Below, in pieces: positions 1 through 14,117 of a stretch of DNA of 64,000 nt. The stretch lies in NCBI RefSeq assembly GCF_009914755.1, contig NC_060925.1, one strand, 5' to 3'. Source of the stretch: the human T2T-CHM13v2.0 reference genome, Homo sapiens. How positions within the stretch are numbered: the stretch's first letter is position 1; each line of letters opens with the position of its first letter. Position numbers and translations under genes: made by a program. Below the pieces are notes generated by a model. It made no database searches, was not told where the DNA came from, and saw only the letters and a program-made list of their open reading frames with translations.

Positions 1-617
1 CAGAAACTGAATCTGTATAAAATAATTGCAAACTCAAATCACCAAGACTCACCACCTTAAAACTCCAAGTGTACATTTGAAACTTTGTGCTACACATTTT
101 TATTTAAATACATAATGAAAAATTCAACCTCTACATATCCTAAATCATTGATTGTCTTAGGACTCTAAGTACTTTCTCATTCTTACTTCCCTTTTACTGT
201 TAATGGAACCACAACTCTCCCACTGACCTAGGCTCCCAACCCAACAGTCTCTACTTCTTCGCTTTTCCTTGACTCCTACACTACTCAATGTCCTTTATAT
301 TGACAATACTAGTGATAGGGCTGAGTCAGGGTGATGGTAAGGATGATGGCAGTCAGGTGAGGTTGTGATAAAAAAAAAAAAATGATCACCATGGCTGAGA
401 CTAAGTTAACCTTTAAGTGTCAGTGGAAGGAACCATACTTGTGCTGAACTGTGGAAGTATACCTGAAGACAAGGATGGGGGGATCAGGAGGACGATTCTG
501 GTATTTATAGCCCACCATTTATATTAATCAATTATTAATAAATTCTTAATAACCTATGATGCCATCTGTGTGTTATAAAAAGCAATGCCAGGCTTTTTCT
601 TTATTCTGGATAAAGTC

Positions 618-913
618 TTTTTTTTTTTTTTTTGAGATGGAGTCTTGCTCTGTCACCCGGGCTGGAGTGCAGTGGCGTGATCTCGGCTCACTGCAACCTC
701 TGCCTCCTGGGTTCAAGCGATTCTCATGCTTCAGCCTCTGGAGTACCTTGGATTACAAGTGCCCACCACCACGCCCAGCTAATTTTTGTATTTTTAGTAG
801 AGACGGGGTTTCACCACGTTGGCCAGGCTAGTCTTGAGCTCCTGACCTCAAGTGATCCGCCTATCTTGGCCCCCCAAAGTGCTGGAATTAGTTGTGAGCC
901 ACCGTGCCCAGCC
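618..913 (-). mobile_element. AluS SINE
   Basis: Poly-T 618-633 followed by reverse-complement Alu dimer; short AAGTCT flanking repeat. Confidence 0.95.
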
Positions 914-1056
914 AAGTCTACTTTTTTTAAATGTAATAGTGATAAGTGGCAGAGTTTGGTAGATTTCTGCATTGCCAGAGTGATCCTTTGATCCCTAAGT
1001 TTTTTTGCATAATTAAAAATTTTTCAGTTTATTCTTGCTTCTTTCCTGTTTCTCAT

Positions 1057-2041
1057 TTAACAAAGTAGATGAAGGGAAATTACAAAATAGTGGAAAGATT
1101 TAATATAACTGGTGATAAGTTGAGTCTCTAGGTGGAACATCGGGTGGACAGAAAAAGAGGAAGAGGCATAGATGAGGCACAGGATGCTTTTGATGTTATC
1201 AGGCCTGCTTGAGGTCTGGGGGTGACTGAACTGCCTCTGGAAAATGGCTTTGAGGTATGTGACTGTGAGATGTGAGACACAGAAGTTATGTCTCTGACAC
1301 TTGGATCCTACATCTTCCTGAACATGTGGCCAAGAAGTTTTTTCAATAAAAGAACATGCCTTAGAACCATGAGAGGAAGGAATGCCAGGATTCAGGAGCT
1401 GCATGAGTCAGCTGGGCCCGATGTTTGCTGCTTCATAATGCCAAGGGCATGACTTACAGCTTCAGTCTGGTTTTCCCCAATTCAATATCAAAACATATGC
1501 CTCCATGGAGGCAAATGATGTTCCTCCACCAAGAACCAGCTTCAATGAAACTGCAGTGTCTAAGTAACTGCAGCTTTTTCTTTCTATGTATTGATGTCTG
1601 ACATGATTTAAATATTTGTCTCCTTCAAAACTCGTGTTGAAATTTAATCCCTGATGTGGTAATATTGACAGGTGGGGTCTTTAAGAGGTGATGAGTCGTG
1701 AGGGTTCTGCTCTCATGAATGGATTAATGGCTTAATGGACTAATAGCTTATGATGGGGTGGGGCTTGTGGCTTTAAAAGAAGAGGAAGAGAGACCTGAGC
1801 TAGCTCACTAAGCTGCCTCTCCATGTGATGCTCTCTGCTGCCTGGGGACTCTGCAGAGTCCCCACAAGCAAGAAGGCCCTCACCAGATGGGCTCCTCAAC
1901 CTTGAACTTCTCGGCCTCGAGAACTGTAAAAAATACATTTTGTTTCTTTATAAATTACCCAGTTTCAGGTATTCTGTTATAAGCAACACAAAATGGACTG
2001 AAACAATGACTAAGAGCAGCTGTGTTCACAGGTATCTCCAT
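1057..2041 (-). pseudogene. Possible decayed single-exon chemosensory GPCR (V1R-like) remnant, interrupted by an LTR
   Basis: Removing the LTR and one TSD copy joins ATG 2041 in frame with ORF 1057-1404 (~190 codons, 2 internal TGA). Segments resemble V1R motifs; CVSHLTV is OR-like. Similarity judged by eye only. Confidence 0.35.
1599..2005 (+). mobile_element. MaLR solo LTR (MSTB-like)
   Basis: TG...CA ends; MST-type body (aaaactcgtgttgaaatttaatccc ... ataaattacccagtttcaggtattctgttata); 5-bp TSD ATGTC/ATGAC. Confidence 0.9.
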
Positions 2042-2224
2042 TTTCACATTTTAACTTAGTTCATCACCAAACCCATTACATCTTACTTCCCTCCTTCATA
2101 CTTTATTCAAAGAAAACACTGACGAATTTCTTAAGAAAACTTGGTTAAGGACTGTCATTTGTATGAGATGGAAAAAGAGACCATTTCTGGCAAGTGAGAC
2201 GAGCTGTGAGCTTCTGACCTAGGT

Positions 2225-2430
2225 GCTTATAAGCATTATTTCAATTTAATATTCCTAACAATCCTGCAAAGTGAGTACCGTCATTATTCTTATTTTATAG
2301 ATGAGAAAATAGAGGCTTAGCGGTGTTTGTGAATGGACTAAGGTCATACAATTAGTGAATGGTAGAAATAAGATTTGAACTTCATCTGGTGTAGCCAAAG
2401 CACATCCTCCTAAGCACTAAAAAACACTGC
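2225..2430 (-). mobile_element. MIR SINE
   Basis: Core ttttatagatgagaaaatagaggct. Confidence 0.75.
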
Positions 2431-2442
2431 CTCCTGGTGGCA
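2427..2442 (-). promoter_or_regulatory. Candidate CTCF site
   Basis: Reverse complement TGCCACCAGGAGGCAG, close to the CTCF core consensus. Confidence 0.4.
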
Positions 2443-2899
2443 AGATGAAGAAGTTCAACTCCATAACCAAAAGGATAAAAACCAAGGTAGATCAGGATAG
2501 AAGCACAGAAGGTAGACATAAAGCATGTCACTTGCTTAAAGAAGCCCCTGTGTTGGATTGTTTGTTCAACCCCCTTACCTACAGGCTCCCCTGCTTAGTT
2601 TCACTATCTGGTTCTCCCTTAAGAAGTTTCTTTCCTAGTTTCACTCCTTTACTCTCAGGATAGCTGAATGCAAAACCAAACAAACAAACACAGGATCACT
2701 CTGCTTAGTTCTTTAAATTATGTACCAGTCAAAACAAAAATGGCCACTCAAAACATGTACCCTGAGTCCCAGAATCACACAATCATAAGAATATACACAT
2801 GGTTTCCTACGACGAAGTTATTCTTCTAAGCTTTCCATAAATCACTGCTCTTTCATCTCTGCCCTACCTATTCTATCGGTTTTTAGTTCAGTAACTATT

Positions 2900-3315
2900 T
2901 GTTTTCAGTAACTGGACCCTAGACCCTTCAACCAGACAACCAAAGTGCCTATTTTCCCAGCTGCTAGAAGTGTTACAGCTGACACCTGAGTCTGTGTTCC
3001 AGGACTGCCCTATGCTGAAGGGAACTGCCTTCCCCAAGGTTGCATCCTTCCATGGAGAAAGCCTGAAGCCAAGGATTTAGGGTCTATGAGGAGGTTCAAG
3101 GTCACAGCCTTCTTGCCTCACTTAGGCATAACTAGAGGCCATCCCAGCTCTAGGGTTCCCAGGGGGATTGGCTGCAGCCCTCACTGCAATTTAACTTCTC
3201 CCTCCGCCCAACCCAGTTTCCTTCTCTCCTTTATAGGTGTTCCCAAGAGCACCCTCTAATAAACTTCTTGCAGGCAAATCTAACAGTCTGTTTCTTGGGG
3301 ACCCAACATAAGACA
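2900..3315 (+). mobile_element. ERVL LTR16-like solo LTR
   Basis: 3' end aataaacttcttgcaggcaaatct...ggggacccaacataagaca is typical of LTR16. Confidence 0.7.
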
Positions 3316-5784
3316 ACATTCAACTCTTAACTTCAGTCATATTCACAAATACTGTCACTTTAAATAAAGTGCAGGAATGCAGTGTAAAGATACATACACC
3401 AGAAAAAGATGTGACTATAAAGTGCAAAAATATACCAGAATGTAAAAATAATACATGAATTTAAAGTCCATGAATCAGTCTCTCTCGCATACTGCTAGAA
3501 AGCGTGTGACTGCTTCACATTTCATAATTTTGTCATTGTAATTGTCATCACGCCACTAAAATTCCATGCCTTTCAATTTTTGTTTTTGTTTCTATCTCTA
3601 AATAAAAATGTTTATTTAAATGCCTTCTATGGACACTTCAGACCAAGTCCAAAACTTTACCTTAAGGTGAAAACTCTTACTATTTTTCCTACAAGGTTGT
3701 GTTTGGGAGGTTATTCATTTGTCTTTTATTTTTTACCATGAGCTGTTTGTCTAGTCTCCTGACATGGTAACTGGAGACACAGATCCCTCTGTCAGAGTCA
3801 GCATCAAACATGCGTAAGGCATGTTTTGACTCTAGCAAACCATCAGGGAAATAATTTTTGATCGTTCTTTGAGTTAAAATTGTCTTTTACATTGATGCTA
3901 AAGACTTTCCCTAAGCAACCTCTACCACATTAGCATAAAGTGTCTGAGTTTCAAAGATTCCACCTCAAATGGCTCCCTTGTGTTCAGCACCATCACTCCC
4001 TCCTGGTATTCTTCTTCCTGAGTAACTTCCTATTGACCTCCTTTCCCTTTCAGTCTCTTGCTGAAATGGAAACATCAGAATGAAGGGGCAGGCTGTATGT
4101 GGGAAAGATGAATCACCATTAAATGAGAAACCTCAATCCTAATGCTAGTCTTGTAGAAATTGGCTTGTATGGTCCTGAGAATGGTAAAAATAATTAATAC
4201 AAATAACTTTAAACATTACTTAATAAAGTAACAAATAATACAGCTAGAAAAGAGAATGATAGGATAAAGGTTACATTTTTTATATTTAGCCATTCTTGGT
4301 CTTATAAGTGTAGAAGACAGAAAAGCTTGTGTCCAATCCTATTAATACCTTAAAGCCATGTGTGGCATTACAACCACTGAAAAAATGCTGGGTAGAGTCA
4401 GTCCACAATGACATGCTTGTCACGACGTGCTTTGGCAGGTTCTGCCTTTCCCTTTACTTATTCTAGGCTGGGTCCCTTTTGACTACTGTCAGCAGTGAAG
4501 AGGAGGAGAAACTCCTCTGATTTCTGAAGATTCACAAGTTACAAGACTATCTTATATGCTTGAGGATGGCCAGCATGTAACTGGTGACAATGAACAAAAT
4601 TATATACTTACAAAGTGCAATCGTTACATTATCCTGATCATCTCTTGTGTTGACAGCAATCTGTAGGATGGGATGAATCAAGGCAGCCAGCTGAAGTCCT
4701 GCCCTCTGGATGCCCTTGGGGGAAGGTATTTGGAGAGTAACTTAGGGGGTGATGTATAAAGGATGTGGTAACAAATGTTATGAGTGTGTGTGTGTTCACT
4801 GACACACCAGCAATTGCCAAAGCAAAAATGGTGGCTTCGTCCCTCTCTATTGAAAAGGGCCTGCTTAGAATGTGGATGCTTAAACTGCTGTCACCTATAA
4901 AAATATTCTAGCATGAAAGGGGCCTCAAGGATACACAAAACAGAAAGTAAATGGTATCCACTGAAGTTAGCAATGTAGCAGGGCCACAGGAAACAGAGGG
5001 TGATTGCCCAAGGGCACACACACCCTAAACATAGTCCTATTTCTAATGTTCAAATTAAGGAAAAAAACAATTAAGTGAAATCCTTAGGTGAGTCATCTTA
5101 TCATGAATTAAAAATTATTGAAAAAAGAGGGCAATTATAACCTAACAATTCTAATTCCTGATATTTGCTGTAGGAAACAAATATATAAACTCATTTAAAT
5201 AAATGACTATTCACAATTTTAGCAGTAAAACATGAAAATATTATCTGAACATGCAAAACTAAGAGACTAACCACCAAAGTGACTCAGGAAATGATTCACC
5301 ATGTTGCATAAGCTGAAAACAATTAAGTTACTACATAATATGTAGAAGATGGCCTAAATGTTATAAATATATATATGCAGCAGGAGTTTGTAATAGCAGA
5401 TAACAATTTTAGCCCTAACTATGAATAAGTTAAACTCCAAAAACATACTCCGCAATTACACAGATTAGAGACTGGCCCCTCTTCTGGACCCAGGCCCACA
5501 TTATCAGACTGAAGGAGGTTAAAGCTTATTTTCTGAGGACAAGGAAGAACACGGTGAAGGGTAAGGTGGGAGAGGTGGGGAAGCATAGGCAACATCATGT
5601 CAGGAAGTGGAGAAGGAGGTGAATCCTCATGTCCTAAGTATTCTCTAGGCCCAGCCACAACTCTGGGAATAGGAACAATTGTACCTACATTCAGACAGAG
5701 AAACCAAGATGCAGAGGAAAGAGGATAGGTTACTTGCCTGAGGTTACAAAGGTGTAAGTAGAGGAGTCAAAATTTGATCCCAGG

Positions 5785-6133
<349 letters not shown>

Positions 6134-6690
6134 TTACTTCCAGAGGCTGAAATCTTAACCCCATACCATTCTGATTTCGCATAAATAAAATACTGAAAGC
6201 ACATTAACCCATACAAATACACAAACACACGCAACTTCATGACACTAATGGAAAAGAAGTACTAATGACAGCATATATATAATTCTACAAGATCTAGCAT
6301 GATACTTCAATTCCCCTTCTCAGCTATACAATATTAAAAGGCATCTAAATTTCCTGAGGGTCAGTGCAGTGACGTAGCCAGAACACACTGAATTCTGGGA
6401 GAAAAATTGGATTTAATATTTCTTACAGATTAACAAATCTTATTCACTGCTGGTAGCATAGGGAGATACAACTTGTTTGGAACATAATGCTGTATTATCT
6501 ATTAATTTTGAAGACACATACATCTTATGACACAGCACTCCCAGTCCCAGCAAGACTTTTAGCAGCACTGTTAAAGCCAAAAAACGGGGAAACCTGTCAA
6601 AGGGACAAATAAATTGTGGCATATTCATGGATACTCATGTGCTGGAATACATTACAGCTGTGAAAATGAACTGCAGTTATGACATAATGA

Positions 6691-7087
<397 letters not shown>

Positions 7088-7258
7088 TATTTAAATTATA
7101 AAAATTTGTAAAAACTTAATATATTGTTCATTGTTATAAAACTTAAATGAAAAGCAGAGAGATAATAAGACACAAAATTTAGTCGTAACTTCAGGGAACT
7201 GGAAAGTGGCTAGAACCAGAGGACAGACGGGAACTTCAGAAATAATGATAACACTCTA

Positions 7259-7339
7259 TTAGGTTGGTGCAAATGTAATTGCAGTTTTTCCCATTTAAAA
7301 GTAATGGCAAATGCCACAGCTACTTGTGCACCAACCTAA
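7259..7339. mobile_element. MADE1 (Hsmar1-derived MITE)
   Basis: TTAGGTTGGTGCAAA...TGCACCAACCTAA terminal inverted repeats, ~80 bp, TA TSD on both sides. Confidence 0.93.
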
Positions 7340-7461
7340 TACTAATATTTCATAAATTGGGTGGTAGGTACATAGCTATTCATTGAGCTGGTGTACTTTT
7401 ACATCTTAAACATGTGCTTAAAAGTATTCTGTATGCAGTATTCAACAATTTTAAGAAATCA

Positions 7462-7771
<310 letters not shown>

Positions 7772-9249
7772 TCAAATGTTCTCACTGAATTTTTTTAAGT
7801 ATTGGTAACTTGACATACCATACAATTTTTTTGCAATGATTTATGAAATTTACATTTTAAAAATCAACTTTCCAAAATTGAGAATGTCATTTTACCTTTT
7901 TGCTTTGTATGTCTAATTTATTTGGGGCCAATTATTCTTAGTCTAGGCTGCTTATGCGAAAAAGGTAAAAAAAAACCCTGAATATCAAAAAAATTATTAT
8001 TTCTTTTATTAAGCCCATTTCTTTTTGTCTCTGTTACAAAAGCGGGCAATTTAAATCATTACTGAAAAAAAATCCAGAAAATGTAGCCAAACAAAAGCAG
8101 ACAAAGAACAACACTCATAATCCCATCATCCAGAGAGAGAAGCACTACAGGTATTAACTCTTCTGCAGAAATCCCTTCAGATCATTTTCATTGCTATCCG
8201 TAAATTAATATAATTATGGAAAGTGTTTATTTTTGTTGTACATGCTTTATCATCAAGCATTATAGTCAGTCTAAATCAAAAGGAAGAAAACATTTAAATC
8301 TATCCCTTCTCTCTGTCTCTGTATCCTAAGGGATTTGTGAAATGATTCAGCCATTTCCCCGAGGCAGAAAAAAAAATAAAGCATGATAGAGAATAGTTTT
8401 TGTTACAAATGTCAACTCGAATCAATTTGGTAGTGGTTGCATGTACTTGAGCCATGAATTCTCAGTACTGAGGGCTCAGGAAGAGAAAGGTGAAGTAAGA
8501 GCATTGAGACCTTGTATCTGCCACCCGGGCCTACAGGGCCTCTGCTTATGTGACAGCTGTTACCTCTGTTTCCCCAGCTACGTGCTCAAGAATGCTCTCT
8601 GCTATGTTCTGCACTTTTTTCTGGACCTTCCTCCTTTGCTGAAAGATACCTAGTTTACTCTGTCTGATATAGAAAATGTATGTAAATTAAGAATTTTAAG
8701 GTACCACGTTTGTCTTGAAGTGAAAAAAAAATACTCTTAAAATATTATAAAGGATGCTTGGAAATCTGTAGTGGTTAGAAGTATTTAACATTTTAGTCTC
8801 TTAATTGGCAATATCATACATTGTATATTATCAAGAGTTCCCTAAGAAGGTAAGACCACTGAAAAGGAGAGCCTCAAAATTTCAATTCAATGCTTTATAC
8901 TGGTGACTATGGATGTTCATTTTTCATTTCAGGGATATTATAGTGAAAGGAGGGATCAAATTGAGAAGAAATTGCAAAGAGTATGGAATTAGACTAGGGT
9001 CTCATATATTAAATCTCAATAAAATTTGAGACATCACATAATAAAGGTCCATTTTCATAAAATCTCATGTTACCACAAGCCAGATTATAAGCTGTCTTGG
9101 TAGAGTACATCTGGGCTTTGGGATGACTCCACTACCAGAGACAAGGGTGCTGGTTCCTGATTCAACATAAACACAATGCTACTGTAGGCTGAAAAGATCC
9201 TTCTTTAATTAGTTGTCCCAGCCTTCTCCTTTGTGCTTCAAGACAGGCA

Positions 9250-9485
9250 ACTTTGTGTAGTAGAAAAAGCAGACACTTAAAACATTTTTAATGCATCTTC
9301 AAATCCTACTTCATTCACTAGCTAGTTGGCCTTGGGAGGGTTACTTAGCCTCTCTCTCTCTGATTCTTGTCTGTAAAATAAAAATATAATGCCTATCTTG
9401 CAGTAATGTTGTGAAAAGAAACAGGATAATGTGTGAATCACCTAGCACAATGAATAGCTCATAGTCTGAGCTTAATAAATGTTGG
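9250..9485 (+). mobile_element. MIR SINE
   Basis: ccttgggagggttacttagcctctc...tctgtaaaataaaaatataatgcct. Confidence 0.7.
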
Positions 9486-10589
9486 ATGTGTCATGTATAC
9501 CAGGGGAATAATAATATAGTATTTAATAAGTAAATTGCTATTTATTTTCATTTTAAAAATTTTATGGATTTTGGTGCTCTATATATCCACGGGCTCCTTT
9601 TCCAGCTTTAAGAGACAATTTAAATTTATTTCTTTGTAAGACTGCCTCTCTAAACTTTTCATAATTTCTGTGGCTTGCCATTTCTTTCCTGAGGTATGAT
9701 CATAGACAGAATTGCAAAAGGCACTCTCAAGGCAGACACACCATGGCTCAGTAGACTCAGAGCTGGGACCAACCAGAAGAAGAATGCCTGTAACTATTTG
9801 TAGGTACCAGCAGGCTGGAGAGCACAGGTATGACATGGGCTGCTTCAAGACTTAGAGGTAACTTTCATTCCCTGAGGGTGAAGGATGATGGGGGGAATGG
9901 GGGGTATACAGAGACTAAACTGGCCTTTAGCGACAAAAACAAACAAAAAGTATTCCCTTCATCCTTCGATATTGTCACCTGCTTGTGATCTAGGTGATTT
10001 CCTACTCATTAGGTTGCTCTGAGATTTAGGCAGCTCCAAGGCACAGAAAATCTGGGATTGTAAAAAAGAAAATAAAGTCGGGAAGTAGGCAGATCCCTAC
10101 CTCTCTTTCACCCCTACAAGGGCATGAATTCTTGAGCTGCAGGAGACAGAAAAGTCTGAATTCTGCCCCAGTCTCAGGCAAACCGCTAAGTCTTGTAACT
10201 GTGTAGTCTCTGAGACCTGACATTCCTTACTAGCCACTGTGCCAATACATCAGATTCTCAGCCCCTGCTCAGGATGAAGCCCTTTCACATACATATTTTA
10301 TGTCATTTTAACAATAAAATTAGGAAATATCTCCCCAAATTTCATAACAGAATAAATTAGAAGGAATTAGAAGCAGAGGCTTCTAACTCCAAGGTGAATT
10401 ATTGTCCCCTGGGCCATAGCTACATCCTCCCACTCTTTATTCCTTCCAGTCCCCTCACCTCCCAGCCTGCAACCCAAAATATTATCTTTAGGAAACTTTC
10501 ACCAAATGTGGACACACACAATTTCACAGCCATAATGAAGAGCAGAATTATGCTAAGAACAGAGAGATAGTACAAGATAGTACAAGTAA

Positions 10590-10850
10590 TTATACAGTAG
10601 GCAATCCAAGTGAGAATGGATTTTGGAACCAGAATGCCTGGGCTCACATCCTCATTTCTCCACTTAACTGAGTTATCTGAGTAATCTTGGTCAAGTCCCT
10701 TCCCCTTCTATGTTTAAATTTCCTTATCTGTCAAATGGAGATAATAGTAGTACCTATTTAATGAAGTTGTTGTGAGGATCACATAAGTTAATGTACATGA
10801 AACACTTAGACGAATGCTTATTATATGACACAAACTATAAGTATTAATTC
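10590..10850 (+). mobile_element. MIR SINE
   Basis: tttccttatctgtcaaatggagataatagtagtacct core. Confidence 0.8.
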
Positions 10851-11299
10851 ACATTACCAAATCGGCAAATCAATTTTCTAACTCAAGAATTGCAGGCACT
10901 GAAACCACTCAACCACAAAGGAGAAATAAAGTGAAAACGCCATTCTGAGACAGTGTTACATTCCCAGTAAGGGTCTTCTTCGTTTTTCTCATTTTGTACA
11001 CCTCCAGAGAATTTATGAAAACACATTTTTAAAAATCTCTATGGTATAGTTCAGAGTTGAGTCAGAATAAGCAATTTCTACAGTGAATTCAGATATCTTA
11101 AGCCTACCAGCTAATGCTAGCTATGTGAAGACCTTTCACATACCCAATAATGATCATTTAAATATCTTAAATCCATCAGTGTAGATATCCAAATCCTTTT
11201 GAGACAGAATTTTTTCACATTGAACTTTCATCTCACCATGGAAAAGAATAACCACTAAGAGACACACAATCTACAGATTATGTGCCCAACTTTCTTCAT

Positions 11300-11980
11300 A
11301 TTGTCGGCACAAGCCAGGCACCGTGCTGGCCCTGAGAAATACAACAGAGAGCTATACAGACAGTCCCTTACCTCATAGAGCTGAAAATTGAGAGTCGTGT
11401 GTGCTCTCCAACAGTTGCCACTAACCGTATATGACTATTTCAGCTCAAAATTAATTAAAATTAAATATTAATAAAAGTAAAAATGTATTTCTTCAGTCAT
11501 GCTAGCCACATTCCAAGTGTTTCATAGTCATATGTGCTTAGCGGCTACTGTAGTGGACAACAGAGATATAGAATATTTCCAGCATTATAAAAAGTTCTAT
11601 TGTGTATTGCTGACCTAGAGAAAGATAAAAATAAGTACACAGGCAATGAGAATACAGTGTGAAAATGCTATGACAGAAAAACACGGGATGCTGAAGGAAA
11701 AATCCATAAAGTCAGACTTGGTAAGAGATAGGGATTAGAGAAAAATTCCTAGAGTTAGTGACATCTAAGCTGAGATTGTTTGTTTAACAAACATCTTCTG
11801 AGCATGTGCCATACTCCATATGTACCATGTGCTGGAGATACAGGAAAGAATAAACAAAGGCTCTTTCTCATGGAGCTTTAGCGGAGGAAGATAATAGACA
11901 AACACACTCCTGAGATAGTTTCTGGTTATGATGAGTGCTATGGAGAAAAAAACAGGATAACAAAAAGAGACTACTTCAAT
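11300..11980 (-). mobile_element. L2 fragments with nested MER3/MER33-like hAT element (~11400-11612)
   Basis: ccaggcaccgtgctgg...ctcatagagct (L2); gctagccacattccaagtg...gtggacaacagagatatagaatatttcc (MER3-like). Confidence 0.65.
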
Positions 11981-14117
11981 CCACTGAAAAGGTAGGACTC
12001 GGTTGAGTCTGAGAGTCTTAAAAACATAGTGGCACAAGCTTCATGGTTGTGTGATTTTTTTTTTTTTCCATCAGTGCTCAGTCACTCTGGAGAAAGTTCA
12101 AGAAAGTCAGACTGTTGGGGTCTTGTAACAGTAGAATGGTGGGTCCATAGAATTAAGAGTATGGCAAGGGTTATTAATGCTCAGGACCATGAAATCCAAC
12201 TTTAACAGAAAAGGCAGTGAAGACAGGTGGACTAATACACACTGAGAAAATAGGTCGAAAATTGCAGATCTGAATGGGGCAAGAGGAGACAAAGGGCAGG
12301 GACAACTGGCCACAGGATTGAAAGGACAGTCAGAGAGCCAGGTAGGCAATGGTTAGAGAGCGAAATGTTCAAATTTTATTGTTCAGAGAAGAAAAGTTCC
12401 AGGGAGCGGCCATAGAACTGGGTGGACAAAAGAAACTAGAGGTGAAAGCAATGCAGGTGAAAATGCACAGATGTGAGATTCTGACTTGCCCCTTAAGGCA
12501 CGACTCAGGATTCATTCCACAAGGTCACCATAGACCTACTTTGTTTTTTTTCCCTCCCAAAGACTACTAGACCTATCACATCACTCTGTGCCCATTTCAG
12601 GGAACAACTTTTCTTTTTTCAAGTCACCTACTTGGATTGAAAGTAGGAACATAACTACATCTGTTAATGGGCTGGTGTCTGCTCAGATCAGCAACCAAGT
12701 ACCCAAATTCCCCAGCTGGAATTGATTCTCCTTGATAGAGAATGCCCTACAGCTCTAGGATCCTCCCATGATCCCAGCAAAAGCCAGAGGATCACTTATT
12801 CTTGGCTTTCAGGCCTAACCTTGCCTGTAAAAACAAGATCAGTCTAAGACAACGGAGACTCACTTAAAGAGCAGCAAGAAAATCCCCTAGCCTCAAATAA
12901 TTCCAACTGGGTTTACATTTGCACATTGGCTTTAATAACTGCCTTCTCTGGCCTTAAAAAAAATGAGAGCAAAATGTCATTCTTACTCCCAGCCTTTCCC
13001 CTCATTTTAGCTTCTACCGTGAGAATCGTTTGTGCTTCAGCCAAGGCTCCATAGTCTGCAACCAAATTAGGAACCCTGACACCATGCCCACAATAAGTGA
13101 ACTGGCAGATAAAACCTGGCAAAATCATCATGCAAAGTAAACTTTCCAGAAACATGGTCTGCCCTTTCTCTACCTTATAATGCCTAGGGTATTCCTACTT
13201 ACCCTTCCAGACCTTGCTCTTTTGACTCTCCATGTTAATGAAGACTTTTGCAACCCTTAGCCACCTTCACCTATAAAACACTTTCTCCTATATGACACTA
13301 CTGTTTCTCTACTGCAACTTTAAAAAAATCTATCTGGTCACCTTATAAAACCATTTGTGTTGGGAAGTGATTTTTTTAAGTTCATCTTTATTTTTCTGGT
13401 ACTCTTGTAATATCTAATACATCAAATGTATGTAATGAATATTTTTGGTAGAAAAGAAGAAAAAGTAGGACCAAGGGAAAGAGGGAGGAAGGAAAGAAAG
13501 AGTGCATGAAATCAGGAAGGAGAGGAACAATGGGTCAGTTGGAGAGAAATGATGAAATTCTAGATGTTCCTATTAAAAAAGGTGGAGGCAGGAATAAGTA
13601 GAGAAGTGGCTATGAAACCTATTCTGAACCTAAGTTGGCATTAGTCTCTAGAGTCTAGAAAGTCTATAATGTTCCTTTACAACAATTGAATCTGCATTCC
13701 TGTGTTGTCTTACATTTTACCTGTAGAGGAAAGCAAAGCTTAGTGAAGAGGAAGCTAAAGTCAAAGACCTGGTTCTTGGTTGTGTGGCTAGTTGGTCCTG
13801 TGACCCCGAATGAACCACTTAAACCCCCTGAATCTCAGTGTCAGCAGGCTAGTCATATCTGCTCTATGTCCTTCTGGGGAAGTTCAAGTGAGATAATGGA
13901 AGTGAAAAATCTTTGTAAAATCTAAAGGGCACTGAGGATGGATGAAATTTCTGTCACTGGATTTATAGCTACATGGCTTCCAGATCTACTGTCCCCCAGG
14001 CTGAAGTGTAGATTCAGTTGACTCAGGCTGTCTCATCTACATACATAACAAGAAGTACACCTCACTTTCACCTCACTTTCATCACAGATAAGTTAGACAA
14101 CATCACATATACTCATA

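Noticed and set aside
556-991. Alu-derived ORFs (also at 6712, 26010, 39475, 47574, 50493, 58918)
   Set aside because: Standard antisense-Alu translations
3983-3993. RE1 left half-site TTCAGCACC
   Set aside because: No right half and no nearby functional context
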